Source of the DNA: Wallemia ichthyophaga EXF-994
Lineage: Eukaryota > Fungi > Basidiomycota
Length of the DNA stretch: 62,000 bases
Direction of reading: 5' to 3'
Assembly (NCBI RefSeq): GCF_000400465.1
Contig: NW_008806276.1
Coordinates: 144,001-206,000, forward strand
Shown: positions 1-11,360 of the stretch, one piece after another
Layout: the number at the start of each line of letters is the position of its first letter
Numbering within the stretch: the stretch's first letter is position 1
The notes under the pieces: model-generated
The model's input: the letters and a program-made list of their open reading frames with translations, nothing else
Databases searched by the model: none
Told to the model about the DNA's origin: nothing
Made by a program: the position numbers and the translations under genes

Positions 1-577
1 TGTTCACCTGGGACTGATTCGCGAGCTCCTCCTTCAAACCACAGCTGCAGTCAGCACACGCTCTTCTCTTCTTGGTAGTGGGGCAAGAGAGAGGGGTAGC
101 AGGAGCAGCCTTGTCCTCTTGGGTGAGTAACTGGGAAGGATCGATCGGTGGGGCGGATTCAAAGTTCCAAAGTGACTTGGATGGCTTCTGAGAGCGGTTG
201 AGGGAGAGGGAGACGGCGGGAGTGTGTGCTGGCTTGGTGGTTGTGGTTGTGGATGACTGCTCGCTGTTGACTGGAGCGGTGTAACCCGTCAAGATGAGCT
301 GGGAAGACAGCGTGGGTGGTGTGAGCTTGTGGATCGTGAGATTGCCGTTCGGAGCCAGTGCCTGGAAAAGGAGCAGGAACAACTGATCCGAGTTTATCGC
401 GGCATAATCATCCTCCGTGATTGATAGATTTACCTGATCGAAGCTGTTCGCCGGTAGCTCGTAGCCACCCTCCAAAATTCTATCATAAACTAAGTTGAGA
501 GCCGCTTTGTTTTCCTCCACTAGCTTGAGATATTCCTCAGACTTTAAACTTCCAACGAGGAGATGGGCGTTTGTCAT
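1..577 (-). CDS. DRE2: Fe-S cluster assembly protein Dre2/anamorsin (3' end runs off the window)
   Basis: Hand translation from ATG at 577 (not in the ORF track): MTNAHLLVGSLKSEEYLKLVEENKAALNLVYDRILEGGYEL...KKRRACADCSCGLKEE. This contains the Dre2 CX2CXC-type motif. Confidence 0.85.
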   Translation of the reverse strand, partial: MTNAHLLVGSLKSEEYLKLVEENKAALNLVYDRILEGGYELPANSFDQVNLSITEDDYAAINSDQLFLLLFQALAPNGNLTIHKLTPPTLSSQLILTGYTAPVNSEQSSTTTTTKPAHTPAVSLSLNRSQKPSKSLWNFESAPPIDPSQLLTQEDKAAPATPLSCPTTKKRRACADCSCGLKEELANQSQVN

Positions 578-839
578 CTTGATCGTTCGTAAGCAAGATG
601 TTCAGATAAGAATATGCAGCTCGATATGTAGACATATATCCTAGATAACATTACATCGTTCATTACTCCCCATTCAATTCCGCCCTGCTTCTGATTTCAG
701 TCTATGCAAATTTTCATTGATTACAAAACAGCCAAAGGGGGATTTGAGAAGCGGAGAATGTACTTATGCCATGGATCAATCTGAAATGATACGCATAAAG
801 TGTATCCGGTGAAATTAGAATTTCGAGTCCCTTGCGAGA

Positions 840-1949
840 ATGCTTCGTACGCGGCAATTCAACAAAGCAAGCCAAGCAAGCCAAGCAAGCAAGGGAGGCA
901 AAGGAAGGATTCAAATTGCCAGCTGGAATATACTTTCGCAGTCTTTGATCAAGAGAGAGCTCTATGAGTCGTCAGACTGTCTCAAGATCAAGTCGAGGCT
1001 GCCACGGCTGAAAGAGGAACTGGGCAAGTACGCATCGGATGTGATATGCCTGCAGGAGGTGGACCAATTAGAAGCATTGAAGGATTGCCTGCCACGCCAC
1101 AAGTATGCCAGCTGTTTTGGCACGCAGAATGACAACGCCACACCGAAGAAGCATGGACTGGTGATATTCTACCGCGATAGCTTTACACTCGTGCATTCCA
1201 AAGCGGTGAGCTACGACGAGCACCCCAAGTGGCCACTGTCGCGCAAAACTAATAACGTCGGATTGATAGCCGTGCTGAGCACCGGGGATGAGCCTAGCGA
1301 CGGGATAATCATCGCAACCACTCACCTTTTCTGGCATCCTGCCTTTGTCTACGAGAGGACTCGCCAGACGTACATACTCATCGAGCAGTGCGAGCAGATG
1401 AGGCGGGATATGGCACTCAGTTACCCTATAATACTCTCTGGGGATTTCAACAGCGAGCCACATGAGCTGGTGTATCAGTCCATCGTCGGCGGTAGTATTG
1501 ACGACAAGGAGAGGGAGCGAGTGGGTGTATCGCGTGTCTGCCACGCTAGCGTTAGCGGGAGTGGGCATGTGCCTCCAGAACAAGGCGCGAATCTCCCGAT
1601 AACAAATTCAGTACCCAACGACAATGCACCATCTGTTGATGAGCTGATTGAAGCATTCAGCGATATGCCCAACTTTATTTCCGCTTACGACGCGTGCCCG
1701 GGTGGTGAACAGCGCTATAGCCACAGAGACGCGTCTTTGAAGGGCAGAAAGGGCGCCAACGAGCCTTACCTCACCAACTACATGCCCAAGTATGGAATGC
1801 TGACTTTGGATTACATTTTCCATGAGAGGGATATGGCCACACTGTGTACGCTGGAGGTACCGCACGCAGACACACTCACTGGTGGCCTGCCGAAGCAAGA
1901 CACGACGGCATCGGATCACATAATGATAGCCGCGCAGGTAATGCATTAA
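840..1949 (+). CDS. NGL2: Endonuclease/exonuclease/phosphatase (CCR4-like) RNase, Ngl2/Angel family
   Basis: Motifs SWNIL, CLQEVD, TTHLFWHP, GDFNSEP, LDYIF, SDH. Confidence 0.8.
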   Translation: MLRTRQFNKASQASQASKGGKGRIQIASWNILSQSLIKRELYESSDCLKIKSRLPRLKEELGKYASDVICLQEVDQLEALKDCLPRHKYASCFGTQNDNATPKKHGLVIFYRDSFTLVHSKAVSYDEHPKWPLSRKTNNVGLIAVLSTGDEPSDGIIIATTHLFWHPAFVYERTRQTYILIEQCEQMRRDMALSYPIILSGDFNSEPHELVYQSIVGGSIDDKERERVGVSRVCHASVSGSGHVPPEQGANLPITNSVPNDNAPSVDELIEAFSDMPNFISAYDACPGGEQRYSHRDASLKGRKGANEPYLTNYMPKYGMLTLDYIFHERDMATLCTLEVPHADTLTGGLPKQDTTASDHIMIAAQVMH

Positions 1950-2071
1950 TGATGTATATTTTATATTCCCTGATTCATGTGCCTAGCCCTCCCTGAATCC
2001 CCGCTTGGTCGACTCGTGCCCCGCTTTCTTAAACAACCAAAAACGAAACCAAAAGAAAATTAATTTGACGT

Positions 2072-5000
2072 ATGGGCTGTTGTAATTTCCTATTACCACA
2101 GAACAGCACGGGTAAATTAGTCGATGGATGCTACACCCACACAGAGCACCCAGATAGCAGCGCGGTGAGCAAGCTCATCTCCCAGCTGCACGCGCCCAGC
2201 AAGCAGCAGGCGACAGGTGGAGCATTGCTTAAGCACATGCGGGCAGCCAGCCGCGTCTACCACGACCCACGCAAACGGAGGTGTGTGCGCTGTTTAAATC
2301 CGGAGTTACGCGCCGCTGACCGGATTATGAGCAGTGTGGTCCACGCGACGCTGCGTATTTTGCAACAAATAAACTCACAGACGATGCCCGATGGCGCGCT
2401 CTACACGCACACGCTCCTCATCATCGATACAGCGCTTTCCCCACCCATTCCGCCTGACTTGCAACTGCGCGAGCTAGCGGTGACTCTTGTGGGTGGCGTG
2501 CTTGGGGATGTGTTCTATACTCATACACTCCCACAGCTCAGAAATACCCTGCTGAAAAACCAACACGCGGAAATAGCACATGAGTGCATTACGTCATTCC
2601 ACTCGATTCTCTACAGACTCAACGGTATGGGCAGTCTGGACGACGCGGATGAGAATACGCGTAATCGCACGCGTAGGATAGCCCTGCTGGGTATAGAGGC
2701 CGTCTTTGAGTCTGATGTCTTGGGTGGATTACCGGTCGACGACCGTCGCAGGGCTATCAACCTGCTTGTTCCGCCGCTCATCGACAATCTTCTTCCCCGT
2801 GACACTAAGCTTGATCTACTCGAGCACCGCGTGTTGCCGTGTATAAGCAACAAGGTCGACGACCGCAACACAGACGATGTGCTTCTCGCCACCATAGCTC
2901 TGCGGGTATACAGGACCATCTACGCACACTCTGCGACAGGGCGGTGGATATCGATGTGCACGAAACCCACACTCGACTCGTTCGACAAACACAAGCGGTG
3001 GCGGGAAGTAGAGTGGGTGTGTTGGGTGTTGGCGCACGCTTTGCAGTGGACACCAGCGCATTACGCAGCCTATATTCCCACGACCATTCTCGACATGCTC
3101 ATTGAAAGCCAGGATACCTTCCCTACGACGACTAAGCAGTCAGGGTACCTGCATATCCTCACCCACCTCTTCACGCGCGAGTCCACAGTGAACGGGCTGC
3201 AGGTGCTAGCTACGCTCGACAGACTCCTCGCTTTCCTCGTTCGCAGATTTAGACTCGATGGGCAGGACGCTCTCGGTCCAATGACGATCGCTGCTGTCGG
3301 AGCACTCGCCAAACACCTCTACTACGCTGACCAGATATCCGATATGGCGGGACGCGTTGTGGTTGTAATCAACGATGTTCAGTTCGCTGATACTACTGAA
3401 CGCCGCGATGACCTACTTCGCCTCCTCCTCTGTGCTCTCGGAGGGGTGATGGCCGAGGCGTATGACGGTCCTTCGGAGGATGGCGCGTTGGGGCTGCAAG
3501 AGGCGGAGAAGACGTCCAAGGCATCTATCTCATCCAAGTCGTCCGTCTCCTCACATTTGCAGCCCTCGCTACAGTCCCCCGCCTCACCCACCTCGCCTAA
3601 GGGTAAGGAGAGAGCGGTGCTAGTGTCAGCAAGGGGCGTAGATGGACGAGAGGCACGCGAGACAAGCAACGGACGCGATAAACCCGATACACACTTAACA
3701 CACTCAACACTCAACACACATAACTCAATTGCACCGCGACCACCTCCATCTCCACCTCAACCTCAAAATCCGCCTCTTTCACAGCAAACTCACACACGCT
3801 CACGCATCTCGCCCACCGATATGGCCTCGACAGTCAGTCTCCTGATAGAGCCGCGTTACAGTGTGCGCGCGGGGTATGTGCGCGCCTTGGCAGGATTCGT
3901 GCAGGGCGAGTTCGCTGCAATACACGTCCACCGCGCCAAGTTGAACTGCTTCCTCACCGCCCTCCATGCTGCCATGTGGGTGTTGGCAACGTGTCGCAAT
4001 CTTGCAGATGTGCCCATCGTGGAAGAGGCAGGCGGCGGCGAGGAGGCGGACGATGGCTATGAGAAGGAGCGGGAGGGCAAAGGTGTGGAGGAGAAGGAGA
4101 AGGAGGTTGAGAAGAAAGATGATAACGAGGAGGAAGATGAGAATGAGAATAACAAGGTAAACAAACACAAGCGGAAAAATAGCAACAGCACGTTGAACGC
4201 ATTAGCACGATTGAAGCAGATGGCAAGCCACCGCCACACAACACCCTCTCTACCGAGCAACACGGCGACGCTAACGGACTATACGCACCTGCTAGGACTG
4301 ATAACGTCGCTACTTCGGCGAGGAGGAGCAGAAACGCTGCTAACGATAGTGCCATTCCTTCGCGCACTCGATGGCTATGCCGTGGAAGTGCAGCTAGGGC
4401 CTGGTCTCCAGACAGCTGGGTCTCGGCGGGGCAGCCAAGCGAGCTGGAGTTGGAGTAGTTTGAATGGAATGACACAACCCCCCGACTTCAACATGGCCGT
4501 CGACGAGCGGTGCAAATGCCGCGCTATCCGCGAGCTTGTCGCTCGTTGCTGGATGGAGATAGGGGAAGGATGGGGCAACGCGACTGTGCGCCAACTTGCT
4601 CGAAAAGGTTTGGACAGATTGGGTGGGAGTGTGCTAGGAACTCCACCACACCTGCACCCAGCAGAAACGCCGTCTTTCACCGTCGCTCCAGCTCCCCCGC
4701 TCCTCTTCCCGAGCGAGGACGACTGGGATGCAGTGCATGACGGAGAGAGCAGCAGAACCGTGACGGGGATCGTCGACGAGGTGGCTGCGATTGAGGAACT
4801 TGCCGGTGATGCTCACGTGCTGCTAGCTACTGGTCTCTCTAGGCTGGAGCTGGATGAGAGATTGAAGAGGGTGTGGACTTTCGATGATGCTGTAGAAGCG
4901 GCGGGGATGTATGCGGGTGCCAAAGGTGTTGCGGATAGCGCGGTAGACGTTTTAATACACCATACCAACCATACCAAACAATCCAACACCAGACACGTTG

Positions 5001-5104
5001 ATGTGTACCACCTCAAAGAAGCACTCTCGAATAGGACAACACCGAACATATCGCGTAATTCAAAGGAAGTGGATGTAGAATTAGTTTTGTCTAGAGCGGA
5101 ATAA
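2072..5104 (+). CDS. EFR3: EFR3, plasma-membrane scaffold of the PI4K Stt4 complex
   Basis: N-terminal MGCC palmitoylation motif, KLVDGCY, helical repeats, VGALAKHLYYADQISDM. Single long ORF with low-complexity inserts. Confidence 0.8.
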   Translation: MGCCNFLLPQNSTGKLVDGCYTHTEHPDSSAVSKLISQLHAPSKQQATGGALLKHMRAASRVYHDPRKRRCVRCLNPELRAADRIMSSVVHATLRILQQINSQTMPDGALYTHTLLIIDTALSPPIPPDLQLRELAVTLVGGVLGDVFYTHTLPQLRNTLLKNQHAEIAHECITSFHSILYRLNGMGSLDDADENTRNRTRRIALLGIEAVFESDVLGGLPVDDRRRAINLLVPPLIDNLLPRDTKLDLLEHRVLPCISNKVDDRNTDDVLLATIALRVYRTIYAHSATGRWISMCTKPTLDSFDKHKRWREVEWVCWVLAHALQWTPAHYAAYIPTTILDMLIESQDTFPTTTKQSGYLHILTHLFTRESTVNGLQVLATLDRLLAFLVRRFRLDGQDALGPMTIAAVGALAKHLYYADQISDMAGRVVVVINDVQFADTTERRDDLLRLLLCALGGVMAEAYDGPSEDGALGLQEAEKTSKASISSKSSVSSHLQPSLQSPASPTSPKGKERAVLVSARGVDGREARETSNGRDKPDTHLTHSTLNTHNSIAPRPPPSPPQPQNPPLSQQTHTRSRISPTDMASTVSLLIEPRYSVRAGYVRALAGFVQGEFAAIHVHRAKLNCFLTALHAAMWVLATCRNLADVPIVEEAGGGEEADDGYEKEREGKGVEEKEKEVEKKDDNEEEDENENNKVNKHKRKNSNSTLNALARLKQMASHRHTTPSLPSNTATLTDYTHLLGLITSLLRRGGAETLLTIVPFLRALDGYAVEVQLGPGLQTAGSRRGSQASWSWSSLNGMTQPPDFNMAVDERCKCRAIRELVARCWMEIGEGWGNATVRQLARKGLDRLGGSVLGTPPHLHPAETPSFTVAPAPPLLFPSEDDWDAVHDGESSRTVTGIVDEVAAIEELAGDAHVLLATGLSRLELDERLKRVWTFDDAVEAAGMYAGAKGVADSAVDVLIHHTNHTKQSNTRHVDVYHLKEALSNRTTPNISRNSKEVDVELVLSRAE

Positions 5105-5401
5105 ATGTATTTGATTTGTACAAGTGAAGCTTGAAAGGGTTTGAAAGGGTGGACACTAGAAAGTTAAACAAGACACTAGTAATATTGTAGTGAATAGAGA
5201 AAAAGATAGTCAAGGTGAATAGAATGTTGAGTGAATATCCACGCAGGTAGATAGAGGGGGAATCAGAGGATATATTAGACCAGGAAGATATTGCATACAA
5301 AACCATCTGCAAACTCCAAATAAATTATATCCCATTTCTTACACCGTGACAACCGTGACAACAACGACTAGGACGGATACACGTGAAAAGGGGAAATAAG
5401 A

Positions 5402-6851
5402 ATGAGGCAGCCAGCAGTGAGAGTGAGGAGTGAAAATGAGAATAGCAGCAATAGAGTGAGGTATACAGTAAAGCATGTCAAGGATAAGGAGGTTATATCG
5501 CTTGATGATTCTGAGGAGGAGGGGGATAACCCAGGGCAAGTATCCCAAGTATCCCAAGTATCCCAAGTACCCCAACCAGCACCTACACCAATATCCTCAA
5601 AGCCGTCAATTTCAAACACCCGCAAAAGGAGACAGCCAGCAGCTTCAACGAGCAACAACAACGCATCGGCAACCACAATTCCAGCGAAAACACCCTCCAA
5701 GAGAAAGAAAGTACGCGGCAATACACCTCCTTTACCCACTTGCACTCCATTGCCCGTCCCTTGTGACGATAAGGAGGGTCATTTGATTATACTCGAAAAC
5801 GTTGAATTAGACGGGCGTTATAGAATACAGAGACTTCTTGGTCAAGGTACCTTTGGTAAGGTCGTTGAGGCTTATGATAGACTCGCTAGGAAAAATGTCG
5901 CAGTGAAAATTATCAAAAGCATTCAGAAGTACAGGGATGCCAGTAGAATCGAATTGAGGGTTTTGAGCACACTACGCGATAACGATCCCTCCAATGATCA
6001 CAAGTGCATCGAGATGATTGATTGGTTTGACTTTAAGAATCACATTTGCATCGTTTCTGACTTGTTGAGCGAGTCCGTGTATGACTTCCTCAAATCGAAC
6101 AAATTCACTCCCTTTCCCGCCACACACATACAGGAAATAAGTTATCAGTTACTCAAATCCGTCGCATACCTACACACACTCAAACTAGTCCATACTGACC
6201 TCAAACCAGAGAATATCCTCCTCGTCAGCAACAAATCCAAGATGGAATTGGCTAACGACAAGAAACCCCAACGGAAGATTCTCGCTAATACTGATATACG
6301 CTTGATTGATTTTGGTAGTGCGACGTTTGAATCTGAGTATCATTCGAGTGTGGTTAGCACGCGACATTACAGGGCGCCTGAGATTATATTAGGTGAGTTT
6401 CGCTGTTTCAAGAGGCTTACACCTTAGTTAACAATGTACAGGACTTGGATGGTCATATCCCTGCGACGTATTCAGTCTTGGGTGTATAATAATAGAGCTG
6501 ATGACGGGGGAGGCGCTGTTCCAGACACACGACAACCTCGAACACTTGGCTATGATGGAGGTGGTCATGGGTCCAATGCCACTCAATTACCAGAAGAAAG
6601 CGTCGAAAGCGAAACCTGAATATTTTCGTGGATTGAAACTCGATTATCCTAATGGGAATACAACAAAGCAATCGCGAAAAGTGGTAAAGGGGATGAAGTC
6701 TATCGATCAGATAATAAAAGCACGAGATCTTTCTTCACTCCAGCTGATTGATTTGTTGCAGAAGATGCTGACGTTCGACCAAGACGAGCGGATACGAGTA
6801 GATCAAGCGCTAGAACACCCGTACTTTAAATCAAAAATATTTGTAGATTAG
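5402..6851 (+). CDS. KNS1: LAMMER dual-specificity kinase (Kns1/Lkh1/CLK); intron 6393-6441
   Basis: LGQGTFGKV, HTDLKPEN, DFGSA and EHLAMME signature. Removing the GTGAGT...TACAG intron restores EIILGLGWSYPCDVFS. Confidence 0.95.
5537..5572 (+). repeat. Coding 9-nt tandem repeat (CAAGTATCC)x4 encoding QVSQVSQVSQVP
   Basis: Direct reading of the sequence; similar 9-mers at 865-890, 17722-17759, 27819-27868 and 42546-42572. Confidence 0.9.
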
Positions 6852-7169
6852 ACAGATCGCACAGATGAAATTCAACCAGTTTGTAAATATAATTGGATTT
6901 TCTATTTCAGGTGGTGGGTGTGGTTGTGTATATGGGGGTATTTGACATGGGCTTATACACACCACAGTCACAGCAACTTGGTGCGTCTTGTTCGCAGATT
7001 TCGGTGAAAAAGAACACGTCTTCTCTGGTGTAAGTGGGGTGCTGTGATGTACGCCTATACCACATCTAACACGCTAAAGATACGCCGTGAATACACAAAG
7101 CAAGCGAATAAATTATTTGAGTTATAGATTCTTATTTGTAGAATATATTCACTTTCCTCTATATCCATC

Positions 7170-8135
7170 ATGTCCACTTCAATTTCAAACCAAGAAGCAA
7201 GCCTGTACGATAGACAGATACGTCTATGGGGTTTATCAGCACAGAACAAGATACGCAGTAGCCACGTTGTACTGGTCAATGCTCTGCGTGGATGCTCATG
7301 CGAAGTCGCAAAGAATCTAACACTCGCCGGTGTAGGCAAGTTAACGCTTATAGTGGAGCATACCGACTGGGATAATGTAAAAGTCGATGGAAGTACAGCC
7401 ATTTTTATACGCGGCGGTGAGAACAATACACAGAGCACAGAGGATACATTCAAATCAAATATCAATAACCTCAATCCACACGTGCAAGTAGAAATTAAAT
7501 CAGTGGACAGCTACAGTAACCTTGTGGACGCGTACAAAACAGCGAATATCGTCATAGCTACAGATCTACAGCCACACAATTACAACGCCATCCACTCACA
7601 GCTCAACCCACTAACACCACTCTACTTGATTGGCACTCTCGGACTGGCTGGGTACGTGATTGTGACGAATGGTTCTGTTGACGCGAGTGGGAGTGAAATG
7701 GTACACAAAACTCTCGACCAACTTACTCAATCAAAACCTGGCACCAAAACACGTAAATTGCGCGAAAAAAGAGATTTGCTGGGTAAATGGAGGGGATGGC
7801 TATTGGTAATGGCGTGGTGGAGTTGGCTAGAAAACGAGAGGAGGAGTGTAACAACAGAGAGTGAGGATGTTGACAGGTTCTACGACACCCTCCTCAATAA
7901 AGCCAAGTATGCTGATTTAATTGATGACAATCCACTGCCATTCACAAAGGCAGACGTAGCTCAGCTTATACCCTCACTCAACACCTCGATAGCTCCCGTA
8001 CATGCCACCCTCGGTGGTTTCATTGCGCAGGATGTCATCAGCGCTATCAGCAGCAAACACCCCGGGACAAATAACGCTTGGAATTGGTTGAGTTATGATG
8101 CCAAATTGGGTGTATTCTCAAGACTTAAGTTGTGA
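7170..8135 (+). CDS. AOS1: SUMO-activating enzyme E1 subunit Aos1/SAE1 (ThiF family)
   Basis: EASLYDRQIRLWGLSAQ, EVAKNLTLAGVGKL, LGGFIAQDVI. Confidence 0.85.
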   Translation: MSTSISNQEASLYDRQIRLWGLSAQNKIRSSHVVLVNALRGCSCEVAKNLTLAGVGKLTLIVEHTDWDNVKVDGSTAIFIRGGENNTQSTEDTFKSNINNLNPHVQVEIKSVDSYSNLVDAYKTANIVIATDLQPHNYNAIHSQLNPLTPLYLIGTLGLAGYVIVTNGSVDASGSEMVHKTLDQLTQSKPGTKTRKLREKRDLLGKWRGWLLVMAWWSWLENERRSVTTESEDVDRFYDTLLNKAKYADLIDDNPLPFTKADVAQLIPSLNTSIAPVHATLGGFIAQDVISAISSKHPGTNNAWNWLSYDAKLGVFSRLKL

Positions 8136-8331
8136 GCACGTAAGCGTGTAAATTGAATTGATCTATCTTATTTTGGGTTCAGAACCCACTCGCTAAGTCG
8201 ACTCGGTAATTCCACTCGCTGCAAAGATAGCGCGAGGTTGGATGACGACATGTGATGTGCGCAGGTATAAATGGATTTTGAACGAGAGGGTAAAGTGAAC
8301 GATCAACGAATAAACGAATCAAGTCAACAAG

Positions 8332-9311
8332 ATGACGCTATCATTACCAAGAGGAAACTACGCACCAATCGTAAGCACGCGCAACTGTTACACCACTCAA
8401 ATCACTCAAACCACTCACACCCCCGCCAGCCTACATTCTACGCTAAAGATCAGAATCAATCTGTCGATTTATCAGCCACTGCGCAACATGCACTCAACAT
8501 CGTCAAGGCGGGTGTAGCAGGTGTAGTATGCCAAGGCAGTACTGCCGAATGGGTCAGTTTGAATGACGACGAGAAAAGCAGCATCACGCAAGCCGTCAGG
8601 AAAATTCTCAACGATCATGGTTTCACTCATGTACCAGTGCTTGCAGGCATAGGCGCACAATCCACCAGACACGCCATCCAGCTGGCCAAATCGGCAGGCG
8701 AGAACGGCGCACAGTACGTGCTTTCACTCCCGCCCTCGTATTTCGCAGCAAGTCTCACTCAAGCGGCGTTGGTTGATTTCTATATTGAAGTGGCTACACA
8801 CTCCCCAGTCCCCCTCCTCATCTACTCCTTCCCGGGCGTGTCGAATGGTGTGACGTTGAGCACTGACACTCTCATTACCCTCGCCGCCCATCCTAAGATC
8901 GTCGGTATCAAGCAGACAGACCATGATATCGGTAAGATGACTCGTTTGGCTGGTCTACATTCACAGACGCAACATGAATATGATTTCGCCGTCTTTGCAG
9001 GCGCGTCTAACTACCTAGTGGCCGCCTTGTCCGTTGGTGCACACGGGTCTATTACAGGCGCTGCCAATTACGCTCCCGAGCTCGTGACGGCTGTACAGGA
9101 AGCATACGATGGCGGCGACACGCGACGCGCCGTTGAGCTGCAGAGGAAGCTGGCCGAGTTGGAAGACACGACAGCTACGGGTGGCATCCCCGGCATCAAG
9201 TTGGCCGCTTGTTGCAAATACGCCTATCACAACCCTCAACCGCGCCATCCTGTGCCTTTGTGCAGCGACACTGTCCACAAGAGCATCGTAGCCGCTATGA
9301 AGGGTATCTAG
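8332..9311 (+). CDS. DHDPS/NAL-family class I aldolase; intron 8371-8429
   Basis: Exon 1 MTLSLPRGNYAPI, then a GTAAGC...CTCAC...CCAG intron, then PTFY. Motifs GSTAE, LIYSFP, and the Schiff-base Lys in GIKQT. Confidence 0.85.
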
Positions 9312-9389
9312 ACATAATGGGCATGTAAATGTAATGCGCACATGTATCGAACCTATCATATACATATAACATATACACACACACGCACA

Positions 9390-11343
9390 TCAAATCATTA
9401 TCCTGTCCTCTATGTCATCGCGCACCCTCTGTATCCACGACTTGGCCGCCGATGCCAACCTCTCAGGATCAATATCGAGGTCGGGGACATTGCCCAAGAG
9501 TTGCTGGTTCTGTGCATTACCTGTGTTCGTTGGCGCTTTGTACACGGTAGGCGCGAAGTGTGTCGCCGCGTCAGCCATCATATCGAGGAATTGACGGCTG
9601 TTAAGGACTGTGTTCCCACCAAGGATAACCCTCGACGCACTTCCCTCTTTAGCCATCTGTTCATTAAGCAGCGTCACACTGCGAGCCTCTTCATAAGTCG
9701 TGCCGCCGACGATAAAGACTATCACCTCCTGCGGTCTGTAAGTATACACACTAGCATCAGGCTGTTGCTGCGTTGGCGAGAAAGGCGCCATGGCAGGATA
9801 GCTGCTCTCTTTTAACCGCCCCTTCATTAGCAGATCTACCGTTTGGGAGAGATGCGGAGTGTGCTGTGTATACACATTCTCAACCCCCTGTAATCCCTTC
9901 AACGCCGATCTGCCCCGACTGAAGAAATTGTCATTCATGAATAAATCATCCTGTCGCTTGTCCGCTCCGGCTAAGTTTAGCATCACATATACCAACGCAA
10001 CCCGATGCTGTGGGATGCCTTGCTGTAACAGTTGCGATACTACCGCCTGGATAGCATTCGATGGCATTTTCTGATAGCGGAGTGCATAGAGAATAGAGAG
10101 ACGCACTTTGCTTTCTTGTGGTATATCGGGGCTGTCTATCATTTCTTTGATGGCCTGGTGATTAGTCGTTAGTGTGAGAGCATATTCGAACTGCATATCT
10201 CCTTGTACACACCCTCAAATCCGATGAATGACTCTCATTGCTAGCGAGCGACTGCTCTAATTCAGACACCTGTAGCAACTTCTTATCATCAACAAGTTTA
10301 GATAGCTCCCCAATCAACGTAACGTGCTTGCTGACGTTGTTGCCTAGCTTTTTCATCTCCGGGTATGACTCAACGAATTTTTTCATATCGCTGATAGTTT
10401 CAATGTTTTTTACACTGTCATTCCCACCTATCTTGGCTTGATAATCACTGACATATTGCTTGACATTTGCACCCAAGTCACCAAAGTTTGCAAAAGCGTT
10501 GCGGGTGTAGAATGAGTCGTTGTCTGAAGTGAGAGATAGAAGAAGTTGCTTCTGAGAAGGAGAAATGTTGTCAAAAGCGCGTAAATCCACTTTATCATTT
10601 TCTAAACCGATCAAATCGTGTACCATTGCTTGATATGTCCATTGAGAGAGAAGTGGAGTGACAGGATCGTTTGTTCTGTCGCATAGGAGTAAGGTGGGGG
10701 TGGATTGAGAAGACCTAAAGTTGAATAGTTGAGACTCTGTATTGATATTGTGGGTAATTGAATCAGCCAATGATTTGCAGAGGTTTGAAGATGATTGGTA
10801 TCTAATGATTGGTTTGCGTTTGAGAGAGAGAAGGAGAGCTGTAAGTGAGTTTGTAGTTGAGTTCAAAGAGTGATTATTCCAAGCATCAGGGTTAGTTGAG
10901 TATAGATTGTGCTTCGTTGGAATGAAATTGAGTGAAAAAAGACAGTCACTGAGAGTTAAGTAGTCTAGGAACAACTCCTGACATTCCTTAACAACAGAGT
11001 AGGTGTCTGATGAAGCAAGAATCTCAATTTGATATTTGGTGAGAGTATTTGAGAAGTACAAGTAGTACTGCGAATAGAGTGGATTCGATAGTTCCAAGCA
11101 GAGGTTGTCTATGGATTGTGCAGTTGGAGTAACGAAGACAATACACTTCAAATGACTTATACGCTGTCTATTCCTATTACCAATCTTATCGATCAAATAG
11201 ATTTCCTTGTTGAGTATATTGGTTTGTGAGGTAATTGAACTTATGTAGCTTATCGTGGTGCTATCAAGTAAAAGCGATTTAATTCCAATGACGTCATTTA
11301 AAAGCTTATCTAAATAATTATGTGATGCCTCAATCAACTTCAT
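9390..11343 (-). CDS. VPS45: Sec1/Munc18-family vacuolar sorting protein Vps45; intron 10155-10212
   Basis: KSLLLDSTT, DRTNDPVTPLLSQWTYQAMVHDL, SKHVTLIGELS, IVGGTTYEEA; two ORFs joined by a GT-AG intron. Confidence 0.95.
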
Positions 11344-11360
11344 GATGGTGAATACCTGCG

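Noticed and set aside
8271-8429. ORF-track N-terminus MDFEREG... for the aldolase
   Set aside because: It reads through an intron; ATG 8332 plus intron 8371-8429 gives the family-typical start
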